A stretch of DNA of 64,000 bases from Chrysemys picta bellii (Eukaryota), in NCBI RefSeq assembly GCF_011386835.1, contig NC_088806.1, forward strand, positions 23,374,001 through 23,438,000, read 5' to 3'. The position numbers and the translations under genes are program-made. Shown here one piece after another: positions 37,735-51,061 of the stretch. Positions within the stretch are counted from its first letter, which is position 1. The number at the start of each line of letters is the position of its first letter. Under the pieces are notes generated by a model that was given only the letters and a program-made list of their open reading frames with translations, did not search any database and was not told the DNA's origin.

Positions 37735-38321
37735 GGCTAGCAGGAGCTTCCATGGGTTCTTTTATATTCCAGAATAACATCCATTCAAACCTTCTGAGAC
37801 TCGATCATCTTTAACAGGAAACCTGGACCCCATTTTTCACATCTCTTGAGAGTTGGGATATGCCCGGAAATATAAAGGGAAGTCTTTGTCCCATCCCTGA
37901 GTAGTCTGTCCATTGGGATGTAGCATGTTTCTTTTGCGCATCCATTTCATGTTCGGGCTAAAGGTGAGAATGGCTGGAGATTTTCCATCTGAAGGAGTGA
38001 GGCTGACACTGCATAATCAAATATACATGGTGCTGTCAGTCATTGAAGGAAGTAGGTGAAAAGTTTTAGATTTGTAGAATTTAGATTCATGCATTGTAAG
38101 ACCAGAAGGAACCATTAAAATCAACTAGTTGACTTCTTGCATAATACCCAGAAGCACATTTGGCAAAACACCAATTTTTGAAGTGGGAGGCAGATAACCC
38201 TGTGCTGGGAGGATCCTGGTTAAACATCTTCCATGAAGAGCTCTGATGGATTGCAGCTCAATGAGGCTGAGATGAGGTCACTAGTGATGTCTTCGGCTCT
38301 TTTCTGGTCATAGGAAGTATA

Positions 38322-38448
38322 GTCTGACAAAGTGGGTATTCACCCCCGAAAGCTTATGCTCCAATACGTCTCTTAGTCTATAAGGTGCCACAGGACTCTT
38401 TGTTGCTTTTTACAGATCCAGACTAACACGGCTACCCCTCTGATACTT
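38322..38448 (+). mobile_element. Penelope-like terminal fragment
   Basis: gaaagcttatgctccaata...taaggtgccacaggactc...gactaacacggctacccctctgatactt; related to copies at 36647, 31966 and 55681. Confidence 0.7.
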
Positions 38449-40795
38449 AGAATATATATTTATACTACTGTGGGGGGCCCAAATCAAAATCCTGGGAACT
38501 TCCCTGCTCGGCCCTGTAGTGTCCCTCATGATAGAAGAGACAGGATTCGTTTTTAATGAATATAATGGGAATTCTTTACTGAGGTTTAGGGACTCAGACA
38601 GACCCAATGGTTCTCCCTGGCTCTTACACTATCACTAGAGTTGGTTGAAATTTTCAGAACTTTGAGTTTTTGATTCATTTCTTCTCTTGAATCATCACAC
38701 AGGGTTTCACTAAGGTATGATTCAGACTCTGAAGTTATAGTACAGAAGGCTGGCTACATTACAGCTCCTGTTTCTATAATGAGCCCAATCAAATCCCATG
38801 GTCTGAAGCACTCTTAAATATGGGATCTTATTACCCAATTACCTGTGATACTGTCAGTTCAGATGCTAGTTTGTCAGTATGAAACTGGAGGCAATGGCTT
38901 GTAACATTGGCTTAATGATTGTAAAAAGAACTTGAGTGTTTATAAGATATTCTGATTCTTTATAGGACTGTTAACCCAGTCTTACCTCAGCAGGAAGAAA
39001 ACTTGCAAGTCACTTCACTTCCCCATGCCTCAGTTCCCCATCTGTGAAATGGGGCTAATAACACTGACCTTCCTTCAGCATGAGGATAATTAACATTTGC
39101 ATAGACATTTACCATTACAGAAGTGCTATTTAAATGTGAATGATAATAAATGGGTTCCCAAACTGCCAGAGTCACACATTACAGTAATTGGTTATCAAGC
39201 TAACCAGTTGATTTAATTGCTATTTAAAACTTTAGTCCCTTTTACACTTTTTTCATGGACAAACTGGCTCCTTCCCTTTTGAACTCTTAGATGGCTGGGT
39301 AGGAAACAGCATTTAAAGTAGTTCTTGGAAGAGGTGATGGAACTGTTAATGAAGAACCACCCTCAGATATTTGGATTCTTTAGTTTCATCTGCATCCCAG
39401 GAGTCCAGGAAACTATGCAGACTCCTTGTAGTTTGATATTAGAGTTGAAATCTCCTGAGAATAGGATTTTGGTTCCTGAATGGAAATACCATAAATATAG
39501 CCTTTCTTGAGATGTTTTCATCCTTCTTGGCATCAAGAGGATTCTTTGCATATTCAAAGATAGGCATGTGCTTAAGGACTTTGTTGAATTGAAGCCTTAT
39601 TAAGCACCATCCATATACTTTCCACCAGTAAGAGGACATTCAAGTCTTTGCCTCAAGGAATTTAGAGTGATTGCATTAAATTGTAGTGTAATTTAGATAG
39701 ACAGTATAGTATAGACAGACAATGCAGTGGATGTGATCGGAAGAAGTTTCAATCTCATCAGAGGCACAGAAATGAAATAAATCCCTCATTAATTAAAATA
39801 AATTGGTTAATATTTGCACATTTGTAAATGTAACCCTCTCTATATACATCTCACATGCACAAAATTAATAATTCAATTCTGGGCTATTTCATAACTCTAA
39901 AAATTCCCCTTTTGGGGGGGGGGGGAAAGGAGGTGCAAAATGGTGTTTTGCATCAGGACATGTGGAAATTTGGTGTATTGCATGTTTTGATGTGAACATT
40001 TAATTTTTGCTTGAACATAACTTGAATTTTGTAATTCAAAATTTCAGAAGTTTCTAGATTTTCATTCAAAATAGGAGATTCTTAAAATAACATTTGTTTT
40101 TATATTTTATAACAAAATATATTAGCATTACATTCAAGTATTCATGGCTTAGACTGTCATGCTAAAATGAATTTCACTAATTATTAGAGTAATGTTACTA
40201 CATGAAGATAAATTACATTCTAGGAGGAGCAAAAGGCTAGTGTAACCTCTAAGCAGTTTCTACAGGGCCATTGGCAGTTCATGAAGGAAAATATCATAAA
40301 AAATTTCAGATTCCTAAAATTATTGGCCCTACAGGAATTATATTGTATCATAAAGAATAATTACACAATTTTCTCCTGGTTGGATTGGTTAAGTGACTGG
40401 CTGACTGTGTTTAATTTAGCATGTTTAAACAAAACATAAGCACTAAGAAGATAAAAGAACAATAAAGCATGGTCAAAAATAACATTTATCCAACTAACAT
40501 CTGTAAAATTAGGATCTCACAGGAGGAAAAGAAACCTAAATATTTGCCAGAGAGACTAGACCAATAGATTACAGCAGCTTAATTTTGATCCAAGGAACGA
40601 ACTGAGTCACAGAACCATATCCCCAATTTAAAAAGTTTTCCAGCACTATGAAACACAGATATAAGGATGAATCAGTGGAATCCTCATATGTACACTATTT
40701 GTTCACCTCCTTCATGCACTGTTGGATAATTGGGCAGTTATACCTAAAATTTATTGTTTTCTAAGTAGGTTAGTAAATCTGGCCCCTTGTCTCAT

Positions 40796-40797
<2 letters not shown>

Positions 40798-40866
<69 letters not shown>
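40798..40866. repeat. Compound microsatellite (TG)21(TA)13
   Basis: Directly visible. Confidence 0.97.
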
Positions 40867-43075
40867 CCTAAAGATACAGATAGGAGTTCTGAGATTTGCC
40901 AAAATGCCTGAGTTAAACACCCAAGTCTTGTTGACTTTCAATGGGAGTTAGGCACCTAACCTGCTTAGGTGTTTTTATAAATTTCACTACGTATTTATCT
41001 TCATCTTTAGGCACTTAAACAGACCTTTGCAAATCTGCTTGAAATACCTTGCCATAAGCATTTCCAGTCTAAGTGTCAGACATGCCATAGCAAGTAAAAG
41101 TAACAAAATGGGGTGGGCTGAGGGTAGGATAACATTTTCAGTCATAAAACCATGGATCCCACTGTCATTTATCAAACGGTATATTCGTCAGTAACTAATG
41201 ATGCAAATAGCTGACCGCCCACTGAGCGCCTTGCTGAATCGGGGCCTATATACCAAACCCATTAGTCAGTGCCCATCTTGATAGTTGTGTAACATTTTTT
41301 GTTTGTTTGTTCTGTATCAGGGTGGCTCAGCAGACATGAGAACGTAGGAAGGACTTTTTTAAGAGGGTGGCTTGGCAAACAGGGCTGGTATGGGCACCCC
41401 AAGGGAAGGAGGCAGCACAGAGAAAAGCATAGGCAGGAGGAAGAGAAAGAAATGATGAAAGAAGTTCTAAGGCTAGTGTTGGTAGAGCAGAGGAGAATAT
41501 CAGGAAAGACCAGGATATTTTGTCCGTCTGTAATTATATTTTAATGGTTCTCACAGGATCAGGATACTTGCATAAATTTGCAAGAGAATGCAACACCTTC
41601 ACACACGAGTTGTTGAATTTTGTGAATGTTTCTTATAACCCTCATGGCTGGACACAAAAAGTGCTAACAACCTACACCAAGCCTTTCCTACTATAGTACA
41701 TAAAATTCTCAAAGCATGCCGGTGAAAGGGCATGCTTCGGGAATACCCAGTCACCAATGAGTGCATCTGTGCTTTATTTCCAGGTCCCTGTGGTTATTAC
41801 CAGTTTTACACTTCTCCCTCTGGTGGGGATATTATGGATTATCCTTGGACTCAATCCTGCAAGTTACCTTGTCTCCTGTGAGTTGCAGCGCATCCTGACT
41901 CCTAGGTAAGATCAGGCCCCTTATAACCAAACTCTAATCTGGTATGACCACTCTGGTTGTCCACTGAAAATATTTTGTCCTCCTGAACTAACATAGGCTT
42001 GCCATTGGCCAGTTGAAAATTCACGGGGCCTGATTCCCCTTTAACTTGCACTGGTGTAAATCAGTAAGCATTCCACTGAGGTTGTCAGAGTGAGTGAGAA
42101 GAAAACCAGGCACCACTGAATGAGATTTTCAGGAATTCCTAGATGACTTGGCACAAGTCCCATCAACTTTTAGTGTGGTCTATACTCTTAAGTGTAGAGC
42201 TGCTCAGGAATGTTTCAGGGAGTCATTTTTATTGAAAAATGGGGAGTCACCAATATTTAAACTGTTCACAGAACAGGGTTGGATTGGATGAATTTCCCAA
42301 CTTGAAAAAAAATTTGACATTTTTGAATGAAAAATTGTTTTTCCAGTTCAAAATGACTTTTTTGCTTTGAAATTTAAACTAACTAAACTAAAAAAAAAAA
42401 AGTTTAAAAAAGAACAAAATGTCAGGATCAAATTGAAATGTTGTTTTGAAATTATCAAAACAAAGCATTTTGATTGGCCTGATTTTTTTTTGTCAGTTTG
42501 TGAATATTTTAGAGAATTTGACTTTTTGTCCTGGTTTGAGATGGAGAAAAAATTAGAATTCTCAAAAATATTCACAGGACAGAAAATGTTTTTCCTGCCC
42601 CGCTGTCCTTATAAACCTCTTAGGTGCTTTTGAATATCCCATGCGTTATCTATAGGTATCAAAAACAGCCTTTATTTTTTAAATCTGGAATGCCCAATGT
42701 GAATTTCTTGTTGCAAAAGCAGTTTGTTTGAATCGCCCAACTTGCCTGAGCATGAGTTGCAAAGATATTGTTGCAGTTAAACCATTCCTGACTCAATTGT
42801 TGGATTCTATGTAAACAAATCCCATAAACCTGGCAGAACAACTTGTAAATCAGTGCTGAAGAGGTGGCAAAGCATGCAAATACAAACACACAGGAATCTG
42901 AAGGGCAGAAATATGACTCGACAGCAGATGTAGTCAAATCTGGCAATTGACTTAATGATTATATCTCAGCATAGGATGGACCTGTAGCTAGTGATCAGTT
43001 AAATCCAAGAACCCTAGATCACTAGTTAACATAAAAGGATTAAGTCACCTGGATTTTATCAGACATTGGCACCTA

Positions 43076-43537
43076 TTCATAGACTCAAGGACTGGAAAGG
43101 ACCTCGAGAGGTCATCGAGTCCAGTCCCCTGCCCTCATGGCAGGACCAAATACTGTCTAGATCTAGACCATCCCTGATAGACGTTTATCTAACCTACTCT
43201 TAAATATCTCCAGAGATGGAGATGCCACAACCTCCCTAGGCAATTTATTCCAGTGTTTAACCACCCTGACAGTTAGGAACTTTTTCCTAATGTTCAACCT
43301 AAACATCCCTTGCTGCAGTTTAAGCCCATTACTTCTTGTTCTGTCCTTAGAGGCTAAGATGAACAAGTTTTCTCCCAGTCCTTATGACACCCTTTTAGAT
43401 ACCTGAAGACTGCTATCATGTCCCCTCTCAGTCTTCTCTTTTCCAAACTAAACAAACCCAATTCTTTCAGCCTTCCTTCATAGGTCATGTTCTCTAGACC
43501 TTTAATCATTCTTGTTGCTCTTCTCTGGACCCTCTCC
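43076..43537 (-). mobile_element. CR1 LINE 3' end, relatively young
   Basis: ORF 43163-43366(-) ...TRSNGLKLQQGMFRLNIRKKFLTVRVVKHWNKLPREVV.SPSLEIFKSRLD is the CR1 ORF2 C-terminus. Confidence 0.93.
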
Positions 43538-44606
43538 TATATATTATAAAGGGCTAGTATTAATTATTACTATTTCTGATCCAAATACTCTTCACTAGGT
43601 CAATGTTTCATGCGCTCACATCCCATATAAAGATAAGCTAGAGCCAAAAAAGGGTCCAGTCCTGTAAGAGATGAGCACCTGCTGTCAGCTGCAGAGCACT
43701 CTTGGCTTCCATTCATAAGCATCTGAATAGAGAGACTGACAAACTTTGGGACAGAAGGCAAAAAGATATTCAAATATGTAAGCCCAGTTCTGAAATTTTA
43801 CAAATGGCCCTTATCTCTCTAATGAGCTGAATGAAAGCCCCAGGTCTTAGCATTCCTGACCTATGGGGTATTCATAACCTGCTTCTACTCCTGCGGCTGT
43901 AGCCCTTAAATGTGTCCGAACTGTCCCCAGTTCTAGTCTGCAAAGCATTCTCTCTTTTCTCCTTCATATGCATCCTTAAAGCCCAGTCCTTCCATGCCAT
44001 GAACCACTCCTATGTTGGTCTCCTCACCATTCTTCACCTTCCCTGACTTGAATCATTTCCTGTGCTTCTGTCTTGTCTTATTATCTAGTCGAAACCAGAT
44101 TAAATGGTGCTGGGGGTAGAGGTGGCTCAGCTTTGTAAAGTGCCCAATACACATAATATACAATGTAAAGGCCTACCAATAGTAACTTATGATCTGAGTC
44201 TAAAGGCTGAACCTTTTTGAGATTTCCCCCATCACTTTTCTTAAGGCTTGGTTTTCAGAACACCAGCAGAAAACAAAAATGCAAGTGCATGTCTAACGTC
44301 TGCATGCAGTTACTATGACTGCACAAAGTAACCATTCCAGCTGGGGTTAGGGTGTGCAAATACTCTGTATGCACAGCCATGGTAAATGGAGTGCAAACGG
44401 ATGCACATACATGCTCATTTTTGCAGCCTGCTCTGTGCTTCTGCCTTTAAAGAATCAGGCCTTTCATATTCATGTATTACAAAGGAAAGGCAAACTTTCC
44501 CTTATGAATGTCAAATCACTGTGCACTGCTTTGATTTTGGTGAGCATGCAGGGTGTTACTTGACTGGAAATGATCTGCTTACTGGCCCTAAATACACATG
44601 CTGGTG

Positions 44607-44628
44607 CTCTCTCTCTCTCTCTCTCTCT
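44607..44628. repeat. (CT)11 microsatellite
   Basis: Directly visible. Confidence 0.95.
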
Positions 44629-46359
44629 GCTGGATTGCTTTCTAGGAGAGCTGCTGAGCAAACCTGTCTCTCTGTTCTGTGTAGCCCTGTCCTGTTTCCT
44701 AGGCAGGTTGGATGGCCGAGCTCAGTGGAACCAGGAAAGGTGTGGTGTGAGCCCAAGGGTAGAAGCTGATAAAATCAGAATGACTGAATTATTGGGTGCA
44801 GGAGAATTAACTCATGAAAAATTACAACAAATAATTTGCATCCCCTCCTGGAGCAATCCAATCTCAAAAGTGCATATCTCAGAGATGCAGCTCTGCCTCT
44901 GTGCTAAGTCTAAACCTGATCTGGTTTAGATTCCAGAATCATGAAGGGGACTGAAACCTTTCTTGAGCCAAAACAAGCCATGCCATTTTCTGCCTTCAGT
45001 GAGGCTATTACTCAGCCTTTAATTTGGTTGGGTTCATTATATAGGTCACTTGAGAAGTACTTGAAAGCTCCTTTGTCCATGACGAATCTGGTGTTGTAAC
45101 AAAGCCTTTGCTATGTCTGGTAGCACTAACTGAGAGGATTTTCTGATGTAGCTGGAGAACCTTTTCCCTTGTCACTGTGATTGAGTCCCTGCCTAAAGAG
45201 GGAACCAAAATGCAGGTTTCTTCATCTTTCAAATATGCTGGTTGGTGACCTATTTTCTGTTCCCATACGTGAGAGTTTGTAAATAGCACACCCAGCCTCC
45301 ACAAATCTGTGTTTATCTCAAAGGAATAAATGGCTCAGTTCCTTCTCTGAGGGTCCCATATGAAGGTTTTAGCACTGCTAAATAGGATTCCAACCCCCTC
45401 ACTGTGGAGGTTCTGCTGTGGTCAGTGTCTTTTCAATGACTTGTCATTGTTCAATGCTGTGTTATTAGCTGGCTGTCAGTCTGAGTGTCCTGTATTAGGC
45501 TTTAGATTACTGGGTAGCATCAGAGGGTATGCCAGTACTACAACCATGGAGTGAGATTGCAGTTCATGTAGATATACCTGAGCTAGGTTTAATCTAGATT
45601 GGGTTTGGGGAGCATTTCCCAGAAGGTTTCCTGTTAGGCAAGGCAGGCCAAGACCCTTGCTCCAAGTGAATCCCAAACCACACTGTCTCCCCAGAAACCC
45701 TCCCTGATTCTTGGATATGTGATTCACATCACCTGCTGCAGGAAACGGTGCCCACTTTCCAGACATTTGCTCCCTAGGCACATCCTTTGACGAGAAGGAT
45801 AAGTGGCAATGAGAGGTTTGAGGCTGCCATTATGGGGGAAAGAAAGAATAATTAGTTTATTTACCTTCACTACTTCAGGGAAACTAAGGGTTAAATATTT
45901 GTGTTAAACCAATGTATATTTAGTGATTTTTTCCCCCCTCTATGCCTAACATGGCTGAAAGCCCCACTTCAGTCCTGTTTGCTGGCTTGGCTTTGCTAAC
46001 TGCACTTGGGGCCCTCACCTTGAAAAGTGCTGTGATAAATTGCTCAGAACTATCAGCTAGAAACCAGAACGTGGATTGTGTGATTGATTGATTGCTATTT
46101 CCTCCCCTTTCCCAGCTTCACCAAAAAGAAAAGAGGTCATGTTGCACATGAGCACCAACATAGACTGCCTGAGGCGTGGGCTGGGAAGCTTTGCACGTGT
46201 TGCAATAGGAAATCCCAATCGAAACCAGGACTGGGTTGACCTCATTACAGCAGGATATGGCAGGAAAAACAGCTCTGATCCCAAGACTCCTTTCCTGTTT
46301 TTGAAGTGAGTATCAGTAGGGTTACCATATTTCCACAATCAAAAAAGAGGACAGTGGAG

Positions 46360-47045
46360 GGTGGGGAAGCCCCGCCCTAGCCCTGCCCCCGCCCCACCCC
46401 CTCCCTACTGCCCCCCTCAGAACCCCAACCCCCCTGCTTCTTGTCCCCTGACTGCCCCCTGCTGAGAACCCCCCACCCTAACTGCCCCCCCAGGACCCTA
46501 CCTGTCCCCTGACTGCCCCGACCCTTATCCACTTGCATGGGTGGCAGGGTTGTAGAAATTTTGGTGGTACCCAGAACCCACCCCCACCCCACCTGCCTAA
46601 GGCTCTGGGAGGGGGGTTGGGGAGGAGGTCTGAGGTGCAGGTCCTGGGATAGAGTTTGGGTGCTGGCTCCGGGCTGAGTGTGTAGGAGGGGGTGAGGGGT
46701 GCAGGCTCTGGGATGGAGTTTGGGGGTGGGAGGGGGTGCAGGCTTTGGGAGGAAGTTTGAGGACAGGAGGGGGTGTGTGGGAAGGGGGTTTGGGGATAGG
46801 AGGGGATGCAGGGGTGAGGGCTGTGGGTCTGAGGATGAGGGGTTCATGATGCAGGAGGGGGCTCAGGGATGGAACAGAGGATTAGGGTGTGGGGGGAATG
46901 AGGGCTGGGGCTGAGGGGTTTGGGGCATTGGAGAGGCTCAGGGCTAGGGTAGAAGGGCAGGGTAAGGGCAGCCTGTCTTCCCATTAGTGGATGGGGGCAC
47001 TAGGACCCAGGGGCAGCAGACAGCAGTTGCTGCTGGGTCTGGCAC
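46360..47045. repeat. GC-rich, strand-skewed composite repeat (C-rich then G-rich), probably turtle MITE-derived
   Basis: Runs of ccc..cc to about 46600, then ggg..gg; family not assigned. Confidence 0.45.
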
Positions 47046-47644
47046 TACAAGCAGACAAGGGAGGGAGAGGCAGGCAGGGACTGACCAAATGAATTTTTGC
47101 ATTGCCATAGAGCTAGATTTTTGAAATATGGTCTTAATAAACATTCTTCATGTGCAGCTCAATACAGGTCAAATGCCATTTGACTTCTACACTATAAGCC
47201 ACCAAAAGGTCATCCAACTTTGTTATTGGATTTTGATCACTCAAGGGTCCTTTTCAGCTAGAACCTTGGAAGTTGATTCACTCTTGCCTTTTTATATTAT
47301 GAATTGCTGATCATTCCATCTGTCTGTCCATTTGTCTCTTGTCTTATATTTGGATTGTAAGCTTTTTGGGAAGGGTACCTCTTTTTGTTCTGTGTTTGTA
47401 CAGTGCCTAGCATTATGGGGGCTTGGTCTGACTCAGGCTCTTAAGTGCTACTGCAATACAAATAATAGAAAGCAGGAAAGAGCTATAGAAAAACCAAGTG
47501 TTACATTTATGTAATATAGGTTATTAAAAGGGCATCAAATGAACAATTTTAAAATACTTTAATACATAAAGGTCATAGTAGGAAGTTACCCAACTAACCA
47601 GTGTCCTAAAATATCACACCAAGATATATCTGCCATCCACTCAT

Positions 47645-48429
47645 TGTCACCTGAAATAATTAACTGGATCACTAACCTAGACATCTGTTTTAGTTTAGAT
47701 GACAACCTGCTCACTGTCGAACATTAAAGGAGGTCTGGGGTTTTGTATACAGAGACAGTCTGTTTAGTACCACAGCAAACACCATAAAAAAATCTTTAGC
47801 CTTTTAATAAAGATAAAGAAAAGGGAAAACAGTTAAAACATTTGAAGTGTCAAATATTAAAAGATTTCATTTTAACATCCCTTGTTCCTTTTGCTGGAGA
47901 GAGTTTTTAGAAGGAAAAGCAGCCTTGTTTGACAGTCTAGTAGATAGTATCTAAGATGGTAACTGTCCTTTTGGAGAAAAAAGTTAGCTGAGATGACCTG
48001 AAGCTGCTGCAGTTATTAAAGTCCAATCATGGGTGGTGTTTGGGATTCAGCTCTAGGCAGTAGAGGCAGCAATGTCATGTGGGTCCCTCTCTCTGGTCTG
48101 CACTTCTCTCAGGATGAGCATAACAAAGGCTTGGGGTCCCAGGAGATGGGGGGGGTGACAGCCATGAAGCTTGCTCCAATAGCCCTTTTTCCTCCCTAAA
48201 CTTTCTTCAAGGACCCTAAAAGGGAGTGATGGGTAAACAGATTATCCTGATTGTCTACCAATTAGGCCTTGTTTGACACCAGTTGGGTTCACTTATTTCT
48301 GGTTCCACTTATTTACCAAGCATGGTCTTAATACAGGCAAGTTATATCAAAAGGCCTTTGTTTGGAGTAATTCAGTTTGTCTCCATTTTCATACCTCCCC
48401 ATCAACATTTGCTGTAGGTTATTGTTACA
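47645..48429. mobile_element. Probable solo LTR (about 785 bp, Gypsy-like)
   Basis: TGTCAC...GTTACA termini, imperfect 4-bp TSD tcat/tcct. Confidence 0.5.
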
Positions 48430-50766
48430 TCCTAGGAACTTGTACTCACTTTTTACAAGTGAGCTCACAATTAAGGTAAAGTTGTAGGCCCAATTATCAC
48501 AACTATGGCTACTAAGCCATATGAAAGGAATTCACAAATATGTTCCAAGAGCTTGGTAAGGTGGAGAAAGAAAAGGACTCAGATGCTCTTCAGTAGAATG
48601 AGATGAGAAGGTTTGGTCTGAGATCGGTCGTGAGGAAGGACAGTGAATGACATGGCTAAAGCTGCCAGCACACTGTCATTAGACAGTGACAGCATGGGGT
48701 TCATTGGCAAGGTGGAGGTATCATAACCAAATAGTGAGAACATGAAATGGGAAGCTGAGGTTTGTGAGGTGGGGCTCCAATCTCAGCCAAAGTTACCCTG
48801 TGACCATGGGCAAATTGCTGTTTCTCCATACTTTGGTTTCCCCCTCCGCCCTCTATAAAAGGAGTATCCTATTGGAGGTGGGAGAGAGGGTGTTACAAGG
48901 CATAATTAATTAAGACCAAGTTCTACCCTCAGATAAATGCATTCATTTCCCATTGAAGCTATGGGGAGCTGCATGGACATATGAGTGCAAATGTGACCCT
49001 AAATCATTGTAAGGCATTTTGAGTGCCTCAGATGCAAATTACTAACCTTAAAAATAAAATCAGACAGTTTATCAATAAACTTGATCATTTTTATTGTGTA
49101 CACAGTGCTCTGAACATCACACTTTAAACTACAGTAGTGCCCAAAACATGTCATACAGTAGGAGTATTGGGGTTTTTGGATCTTTACTAATGTAGTGCTA
49201 TTTTATTAGTAATTTAGCAGACAAGATAAAACTCCTATTGGGAGTAAAACCAATGACAAGAACAGATTCCCCAGGCCTGCTAAAAAATGCAAATCTGTTT
49301 CTGCCAGAAGGCTCTCCTTTTCAGTGGATGGGGAAAAAGGAGATTTTCATTGCCAGAAATGGTGAATCTCCAATTAAGTAGAATTAAATTTAACATTTTT
49401 ATTGGGGGTGTGCAACATCCCACTGGTTTGGTTCAAAACAGGGGTGTTAGGAGTTTGTGAATTCCACCTTACTTATGTTGCAGAGGGACTCCCTCTTCAT
49501 TTCTGTGAAAGATACTTCTCTTTTGGTATCCCATCAATCCCCTGTTGTTCTCTGACTCTGGAGCAGGGTGGTTGATGTCTATGGCATGCAGGGAGAAGGC
49601 TATTAATAGAACACACTGCTCTTAAAATACACCCAGGGAACCTGATGATTATATCTTAGTGCTGTAAATCCTTTTGAGGTGTATATCAGAACAGATGTAG
49701 GTGGTGGTAAGGGTATAGTAAGAGCCTTGGGTGTTGTCCTGAATACCAACCAGTCAAAACTCCCACAGAACACCCCTCCCCCTTGCTCTTAACAGCCTGG
49801 TGTGAAAGGGACAGGGTATCAAAACTGTTTGAGGGAAAATAGGGTTTGACTAAATGAAAGTTTCTGCAGAAAAATTTGTCCATGGAAAAATTTGTCTTGT
49901 CAAAAAAGTTCTGATTTAGTGTGGGATTTTTTTTAATAAATGTTGAAATGGAAAAATTTTATTTTCCTTGAAATTCTCCACAGGGAAATTTGGAAAAAAA
50001 TTCCAGCTAGCTCTACTTAGCTATGTGCTCCCTTCTCCAACTTAACTCTTGCTAGGAGCAAGAGTTATTTGGCATCTGTGCCTCAGGTCTTTAACATATA
50101 AAATGTTTTCAAGTCTTCATCATGCTTGTTCCTTAAACACTGTCAAAAATGATTTTAGTCAATGATTGATTGTTCATATAGCAAGAGGAAAAGAATAAGT
50201 AGCAAGTGCATGCATATAATCCAAGCATTCTGACTGCATGAATGATTGATATTAATGCCTTTAAACTGGTGGGAGTTGACAGTCACACCTTGTGCCATTG
50301 GAATGGTAATTTTCTCATCAGGTTTAATAAGGTCATGGATTTGACCTCTCACCTCATTTTTACTAGGTATTCATGATCATGTGGGTATTATCTAACTATG
50401 TCCATATTTGTAGAGAGCTCTAGGTCTGTAGCAAATACACATTCAGGATGTCTAATAGAATGCTATTGCTTTACCAGGCTATAACAAATCAGTGCAACTC
50501 ATTTTCCAAAAGTCAATAAATTTACTACTTGTATTACCATAGCATCTAAGAGCTCTTATGGACCAGGACCCCATTGTGCTAGGGGATGTACACACAACAA
50601 TAAGATGGTCACTGCCCTTAATCAGTCTAAATAGTTTGTGTGTAAAAAATAGAAATAGAGGAACCAAATTCAGGCCATAAATTACAAATAAATGTAATGA
50701 AACTGCCTGTAGAACTCCTGCCACCTCCCCCAAATCCAATTGAGATTGAATATACTCATTCTCGAA

Positions 50767-51061
50767 GGGTATGTCTACACTGCAGTTGGGGGTGTGATTG
50801 GAGCTTTGATAGGCATACCCACACTAGCTTTAATTTAGCTAGACCACTAAAAGTATCAGTGAAGATGCAGCAGTGTGGGCTGTACAAGCCCACCTGGTCT
50901 CCCAGGTGATATTCACTTTGCTAACCTGCGCTGCAATGCAAGACACTGTCTTCACTATTTTTAGCAAGCTACCTAGATTAAGCTGGTGCAGGTACACTAC
51001 AGGAGCTGAAAGAAAAAAAAAAAAAAAAAATCACACCTCTGATTGCAACATAGACATGCCC
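50767..51061. mobile_element. PIF/Harbinger-type MITE
   Basis: gggtatgtctacactgca ... tgcaacatagacatgccc; flanks gaa/taa. Confidence 0.72.

Noticed and set aside
39290-39640. Possible pseudogene (66-aa ORF continuing past one stop)
   Set aside because: No recognisable homology; a single read-through stretch is expected by chance.
41784-41905. Hydrophobic plus-strand exon candidate (VPVVITSFTLL...|gtaag)
   Set aside because: Its 3' half and donor lie within a palindromic repeat element; no partner exons or homology.
46377-46914. Pro-rich and Gly-rich ORFs
   Set aside because: Products of C/G-run repeat sequence.
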